NCBI GenBank assembly: GCA_965115985.1
Contig: OZ220474.1
Span: 3,172,504-3,236,503, forward strand
Direction of reading: 5' to 3'
Length of the DNA: 64,000 nt
From: Acidimicrobiales bacterium
GTDB taxonomy: Bacteria; Actinomycetota; Acidimicrobiia; Acidimicrobiales; Bin134
Shown here: positions 61,601 through 64,000 of the stretch, piece by piece
Layout: every line of letters starts with the position of its first letter
How positions within the stretch are numbered: the stretch's first letter is position 1
The notes under the pieces: model-generated
Database searches by the model: none
What the model was told of the DNA's origin: nothing
The model's input: the letters and a program-made list of their open reading frames with translations, nothing else
Program-made: the position numbers and the translations under genes

Positions 61601-63523
61601 ACCGATACCGCTACCGCTACCGATGACTTCACCGCGGTGACCACTGCTACGGCCAAGACCATCGCTGCCAACACCGCCACCACGACGATTGTTGTCACGG
61701 TCGTGGACGACGACCTGGACGAGAAGAACGAGACGTTCACGGTGACCTTGTCCGACCCGTCCGACGGCGTTACCATTAGTGATGCGACTGCTACGGGTAC
61801 CATTAATGACAACGATAATTCGCCGGTGTTGGTTTCCATCGAAGACGACACCTTGTACCTGGGTCAGCAAGTCGATATCAGAGCGACGGCCACCGATGCG
61901 GATGCCGACACGATCACTTACACGTGGGCGCGCAAGGCCGGTGAAACTCCTGCGTTGCCTGGTGGTACTGCTTTGAGTGATAGGCGTTTGCGGTTCACTC
62001 CTACCGCTACGGGCACCTACACGATGACGGTCACCGCATCCGACGGTAACGGCAACTCCGCCACCGAGGAAGTGGTGATAACCGTTATCAACGCGGCCAC
62101 CGTGTCGAAGTCCGCGTTGACCGTCGAGGAAGGCAGCACCGGCAGCTACACGGTGAAACTCAACGCCGAACCCACCGGTAATGTGACCGTCACCGTTGGT
62201 GGTGTTTCGGGTGATGTGACGGTGGACAAGTCCTCGTTGACTTTTACCACGACCGATTATGCCACTGCTCAAACGGTGATGGTGACCGCTGCTGGTGATG
62301 AGGACACCACCACCGATCCGACCGTGACCTTGACCCACACCGCTTCGGGTGGTGGCTATGGTTCCGCGACGATCACGTCGGTAGTGGTAACTGTCACGGA
62401 GAACACGCCGACGCTTACATTGGGAAATAATCCTGCCGCGGTGACCGAGGGCGACAATATTTCTCTGACCGTCACGTCGGACCGATCCCTGACGGGAACT
62501 CTCCAAGTCTCGCTCACGCTGGCCGATCGAGGATCCAGCGGATTCGACGCTGCTGACATCGCCGGCTCCTTGGGTCCACGAAACTTCACCGCCACCTTCG
62601 GCAACACTGCTTCCACCACCGGGACAATCACCATCGCAACCAACACCGACACCAACGACGAAGGCGCAGAAACCTACACCATCACCCTGAACGACGGCAC
62701 CGGCTACGCCATCGGCACGGACACCACCGCCGAAGGAACCATAAACGACCCCACCCCAACACCCACCCCCACCCCCACCCCAACACCCACTCCTTCGCCA
62801 CAAAGTCCACCTGGAACCATGCCCAGCACGCCTACGGGAGTGACCGCCACTGTGGGTGACACCGAGGTCACCATCTCCTGGTCCAGCGGCGGCACCGGCA
62901 ATGGCGGCACCTGCGCCTCCGACAAGTACTACGTCACCGTCTACGACGCCACCCAGCAGCTCTTCCCCGCGGTGGCCGAGTCGCTGCCCATGATCAGCGG
63001 CACGAGTTGGTACATAGACGAACTCACACCCAGCACCCGCTACTACGTCGAAGTGGAAGCCTGGGGCGATGCCTGCGAAGAGTACTCCGAAGAACTCGGC
63101 ACCGCGTTCTTCACCACCAACGCATCCTCCAGCACCGGCGACCCCAGTGCTCCCGTCCCTCGTAAAAAACGCGCCCCCGCCCCCGTCAGAGACCTGGAGG
63201 TGGACACCAGTACCAGCGGGCAGATAACCATCACCTGGAAAAAACCCATCGACATCGGCACCAATCGCAGCAAACGCTGCGCCTACACTGCCGAAGCCTC
63301 CGACCACGCCGACCTTTCCATCGAATACAATTACCTCGTCGAAAACCTCTACTCCGGCACCGACATCACCGACTCATACTTCACATCCAACGCGGCCACC
63401 CTGTCCAAAACCATTACCGGCATACCCACGGGAACCGGCCACCGCCTACGAGTAACGGTAACCGCCTACTCCGAACAATGCGGCTATTGGTCCAACTCCA
63501 GCGACCACACATGGTGGTCTTGA
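52628..63523 (+). CDS. Giant secreted FN3 / Calx-beta / cadherin-like / Ig-like repeat protein (~3631 aa)
   Basis: The signal peptide is MVRNNRTIAREALSPSRFLALAVAFLLVLTVTHA. Many FN3 units follow, up to about 57.5 kb. Then come four ~430-aa super-modules, each with a Calx-beta-like segment (TAETTDTATATDDFTAV...DDDLDEKNETFTVTL), a cadherin-like segment and Ig-like segments. Two Cys-containing FN3-like units close the protein. A TTG at 52595 is an alternative start. Confidence 0.85.
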   Translation: MVRNNRTIAREALSPSRFLALAVAFLLVLTVTHAVYSPEPATAQAAVPVLTGTPANAQVALSWVYPTDPNITNWQYQQKKDAAVYGDWSDIDGSDAGTRGHTITGLTNGAVYGFRVRPVIGSTPGTASREITATPRGIPSAATGLTATPGDGQITLSWDRHPDASISGWEFWYKPTDLYQGGSWAPIAGSDATTTSHAVTGLTNGREYVFQIRAANRIGRGPISAEVKATPVAARPAAPTGVTATAGHQQVSLSWSDPGQPSITRWQYQQNDGTGYGSWTNMADSTATTTSYTVTSLTNGTAYKFKVRAVNDRGAGTPSAEVTATPTLPPPARPTGFRALGSGPITNPVTGYYAGRLTFYWDNPNDPTITKRQYYEHDFGRRWIDLANSGADTTSASIRVSAGIGLPYSIRACNMAGCGASTARTGFVRPNRRDPRPAKPTGLTATEVGDGFVTLSWDNLGDSGIGYWHVRWWVVGSSRPNWDASLSQVARVDGATNTTYKVERLTSNEEYEFQIRAYYSSGNKANIQDSDTIRATPISAPGIPGGFRAIGGDTQVTLSWNKHRSSGITRWEYQQRKEPSGTGKFGDWIPIPGSDTATTSHTVTGLQQGGTYTFKVRAVNRIGNGLASAERTTVAETDAEVPCRVVLSDALGSNIRSGQIRVSFDILVPENCGKITFFDYQAKTLSQDWDDVNWQPVTNFNGDDFENMPTFQVRKNAAESDVSVTSPQNLDVRIRAENLGALEEGPPSDPVRIWAGDAPAVTGLRAAGNDRSVTLFWDPKPDRGVIHWEYGYKPDGGNWSTDVQLDAKASMTRVSGLANGTEYTFRLRSQSGYNGVKSDWVETTAIPTVTPLGVTVSESELTVAEGSSGTYTVKLNAAPSDDVTVSIIGSSGDVTVSPPSLTFTTNNFNSVQTVTVSAAKDDDAIIDPPVTLTHSASGGSYSFVDIGSVLVKVTDRDTAGVTVSESELTVREGTSQTYTVKLDTRAQENVTVSISGASGDVTVSPEKLFFTTSNFNTAQTVTVAVGSDSDSVDDPPVTLTHAASGGDYGGVSIDSLTVNITDSNPPAAPTGLTATSGDTSVDLSWNDPSDPKITSWQFQYKPDGGSYGGWAGIANSGASTTTHTVTGLTNYTEYTFQVRAVSANGESDPSNEATATPKAPPPAAPTGLTATPGDGEVTLGWTNPSNASITRYEYQQKIGTGNYGAWTAIASSGASTISHTVASLTNGTTYAFKIRAVNSTGNGAASAEATARPLPPLPAAPTGFTANPRDGSVLLLWSDPGNASITGYEFQLKMGNNYGPEWAPISGSDALTTEHIVPNLKNGTAYTFRIRAVNLAGKGAPSADSTATPIPVPESPRKFETIGSDERVTLYWANPKDPTITKWQYRYRLWTLQIPGFQSPPNPFGAWTDMSGSDATTTSFAVTGLTSGTFYDFQIRAVNVAGDGLASKVLTEAAIAKPARPSGLTATPGDGQVTLSWDDPKDTKISHYLLRYKAPTDFIHPPWVESHAQVFKVDGATAVTYTVTGLNNGTTYDFQIVAYHISTPGTASKSVRVAPVSPAPAKPTGLTATAGVRSAMLSWTDPNDDSITIYEYRQRKGSDSWGGWTLIPGSGAETTSHTVSGLDYTDDYRFRIRAKGTTGNSPASEVVTVAPAFGTLSIADVSADEGGTFTFTAMVSAAPPENLDFKYTVTAETGDTAIPGTDFTAVTIATAARINATETSTTITVTVNDDGVVEPDETFTVTLSDVPESIILADVTAQGTITNDDNTPVLTAIDNFTIKRGQTVDITASATDVDASDAITYLWARKAGETPAAPAGITLGQAQLTFTPTALGAYTYTVTASDNHGNETTEEVIITVVEAATVSKSSIELTEGANGTYTVKLNSVPSGDVTITVGGATSDVTVDKSSLTFTTLNWSSAQTVTVTTEADEDTTDETVTLTHTASGGGYVSATIASVRVSVTDTTPTFQLLTDPADVTEGDNISLTVTSDMSLTGTKQVTLTLAARSSSTFDADDIPGTLGPRSFSANFGSNPSKTGTISIPTSSDSDTEGTEAYRITLNEGTGYAAGTDKRADGNLLDLAPPPTINLSVGDVSALEDGTFTFTVTANPIPTEGISFKYKVTAETTDTATATDDFTAVTTATAKTIAANTATTTIVVTVVDDDLDEKNETFTVTLSDPSDGVTISDATATGTINDNDNSPVLTAIDDDTLYLGQQVDIRATATDADADTITYTWARKAGETPALPGGTALSDRRLRFTPTATGTYTMTVTASDGNGNSATEEVVITVINAATVSKSALTVEEGSTGSYTVKLNAEPTGNVTVTVGGVSGDVTVDKSSLTFTTTDYATAQTVMVTAAGDEDTTTDPTVTLTHTASGGGYGSATITSVVVTVTENTPTLTLGNNPAAVTEGDNISLTVTSDRSLTGTLQVSLTLADRGSSGFDAADIAGSLGPRNFTATFGNTASTTGTITIATNTDTNDEGAETYTITLNDGTGYAIGTDTTAEGTINDPTPTPTPTPTPTPTPVPTVSLSIADVSASEDGTFTFTVTANPIPTEGISFKYKVTAETTDTATATDDFTAVTTATAKTIAANTATTTITVVVVDDELDEKNETFTVTLSDPSDGVIIGDATATGTINDNDNSPVLTAIDDDTLYLGQQVDIRATATDADADTITYTWTRKASETPALPGGTTLSDRRLRFTPTATGTYTMTVTASDGSGNSATEEVVITVINAATVSKSALTVEEGSTGSYTVKLNAEPTGNVTVTLGGTTSDVTVDKSSLTFTTSNWSAAQTIVVTAEADEDTTDETVTLTHTASGGGYASATIASISVSTTDTTPTFQLLTDPADVTEGGSISLTVTSDMSLTGTKQVSLTLAARSSSTFTAADIVGTLGPRSFSADFGSTPSKTGTISIATSSDSATEGTEAYRITLNDGAGYALGMDKRADGNLLDPTPTPTINLSIADVSASEDGTFTFTVTASPIPTEGISFKYKVTAETTDTATATDDFTAVTTATAKTIAANTATTTIVVTVVDDDLDEKNETFTVTLSDPSDGVTISDATATGTINDNDNSPVLVSIEDDTLYLGQQVDIRATATDADADTITYTWARKAGETPALPGGTALSDRRLRFTPTATGTYTMTVTASDGNGNSATEEVVITVINAATVSKSALTVEEGSTGSYTVKLNAEPTGNVTVTVGGVSGDVTVDKSSLTFTTTDYATAQTVMVTAAGDEDTTTDPTVTLTHTASGGGYGSATITSVVVTVTENTPTLTLGNNPAAVTEGDNISLTVTSDRSLTGTLQVSLTLADRGSSGFDAADIAGSLGPRNFTATFGNTASTTGTITIATNTDTNDEGAETYTITLNDGTGYAIGTDTTAEGTINDPTPTPTPTPTPTPTPSPQSPPGTMPSTPTGVTATVGDTEVTISWSSGGTGNGGTCASDKYYVTVYDATQQLFPAVAESLPMISGTSWYIDELTPSTRYYVEVEAWGDACEEYSEELGTAFFTTNASSSTGDPSAPVPRKKRAPAPVRDLEVDTSTSGQITITWKKPIDIGTNRSKRCAYTAEASDHADLSIEYNYLVENLYSGTDITDSYFTSNAATLSKTITGIPTGTGHRLRVTVTAYSEQCGYWSNSSDHTWWS
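57593..62809. repeat. Four ~1.3-kb coding super-repeats (1287, 1323, 1284, 1323 bp) forming a 2607-bp higher-order repeat
   Basis: Unit starts at 57593, 58880, 60203 and 61487. Antisense ORFs 59749-60048 and 62356-62655 translate identically (offset 2607). Units 2 and 4 are identical over roughly 300 aa. Confidence 0.95.
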
Positions 63524-63569
63524 TAAACCAAACCACGGCTAAACCAAACCAACGACTAAACGGAAACCC

Positions 63570-64000
63570 ATGAGCAAAACCACCCCACCGGAACAGACAA
63601 CCCCACTGTCCAAGACGACCTCGTTGGAACAGGCCGTAGCGTCGATTCCCGACGGGGCCACGGTGGCCATCGGTGGGTTGTCGATGAACAGCGCCCCCAT
63701 GGCTCTGGTGCGTGAGTTGGTGCGCCAGGAGAAGAAGGACTTGAGCTTGGTGGCCATCGTGGCCGGTATGGCGGTGGACTGGCTGGTGGCCGGGGGCTGC
63801 GTGCGCCGAGTGATCTCCGGGCTGGTCAGCTTCGAGGGACTGGGCCTGGCTCCCAATTTCAGGGCCGCGGTGCAGTCGGGCCGGGTGGATATAGAGGAAT
63901 ACAGCGAACACCTGCTGATCTGTCGGCTTCAGGCCCAGAGCTACGACCTGCCGTTCGTGCCCACCAGGGCCGGGCTGGGCACCGACGTCCTCGGCCTGCA
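63570..64000 (+). CDS. CoA-transferase subunit A family protein (3' end outside window)
   Basis: Own translation gives MSKTTPPEQTTPLSKTTSLEQAVASIPDGATVAIGGLSMNSAPMALVRELVRQEKKDLSLVAI..., a typical family I CoA-transferase alpha N-terminus. The frame is open to the window end. Confidence 0.7.
   Translation, partial: MSKTTPPEQTTPLSKTTSLEQAVASIPDGATVAIGGLSMNSAPMALVRELVRQEKKDLSLVAIVAGMAVDWLVAGGCVRRVISGLVSFEGLGLAPNFRAAVQSGRVDIEEYSEHLLICRLQAQSYDLPFVPTRAGLGTDVLGL

Noticed and set aside
58736-63307. Long antisense ORFs (771 aa and 674 aa) inside the giant repeat gene.
   Set aside because: They mirror the sense-strand repeats, are Gly/Arg-rich, and the sense frame has clear Calx-beta/FN3-type modules.
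63524-63569. Three short TAA-phased ~16-bp direct repeats (taaaccaaacca...) after the giant gene stop.
   Set aside because: The segment is very short and A/C-rich low complexity. It may belong to the same duplication tendency but is too weak to call.

Overview
High-GC chromosomal segment. Gene content suggests an actinobacterium (WYL/Paf-like regulator next to tat genes, DUF4193, Gram-positive-type Tad locus, ICL2 plus malate synthase G), but this is inference only. Core genes in order: WYL regulator fragment, lepB, orphan metal-type ABC ATPase, GDPD, tatB-like/tatC, M20 amidohydrolase, ThyX-like protein, DUF4193, GNAT, NUDIX. Next comes a minus-strand Tad/Flp-type pilus locus (11.7-17.5 kb) preceded by a Cys/His-rich repeat protein and a lipoprotein. 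Then several SDRs, an MFS transporter, divergent aceA (ICL2 type)/glcB, sulfotransferase, thioesterase, DUF2236, SMP-30, phosphotransferase, P450 and a CoA-transferase fragment. Two giant secreted FN3-rich proteins are present: 2037 aa on the minus strand at 28.9-35.0 kb, and about 3631 aa on the plus strand at 52.6-63.5 kb. There are two visibly AT-richer accessory insertions. The first (20.6-26.9 kb) carries vsr-dcm, an IS481 fragment, an NTase-HEPN fusion, an intact IS3-family element and an AbiEii-like two-gene module. The second (47.35-49.83 kb) carries a Dam-like methylase, a C-protein-like HTH and a PD-(D/E)XK endonuclease candidate. Three unusual signals stand out. (1) More than 20 locus-specific short tandem duplications (31-80 bp) sit exactly on gene junctions, typically with the upstream stop in the first copy and the downstream start in the last copy. 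(2) Three 16-19 nt C/G homopolymer tracts occur, two of them immediately upstream of the two giant surface-protein genes, so they are phase-variation candidates. (3) A near-identical 2607-bp higher-order repeat lies inside the larger giant gene. No rRNA, tRNA or CRISPR array was recognised. All protein-family calls rest on motif recognition by eye, not on database searches.
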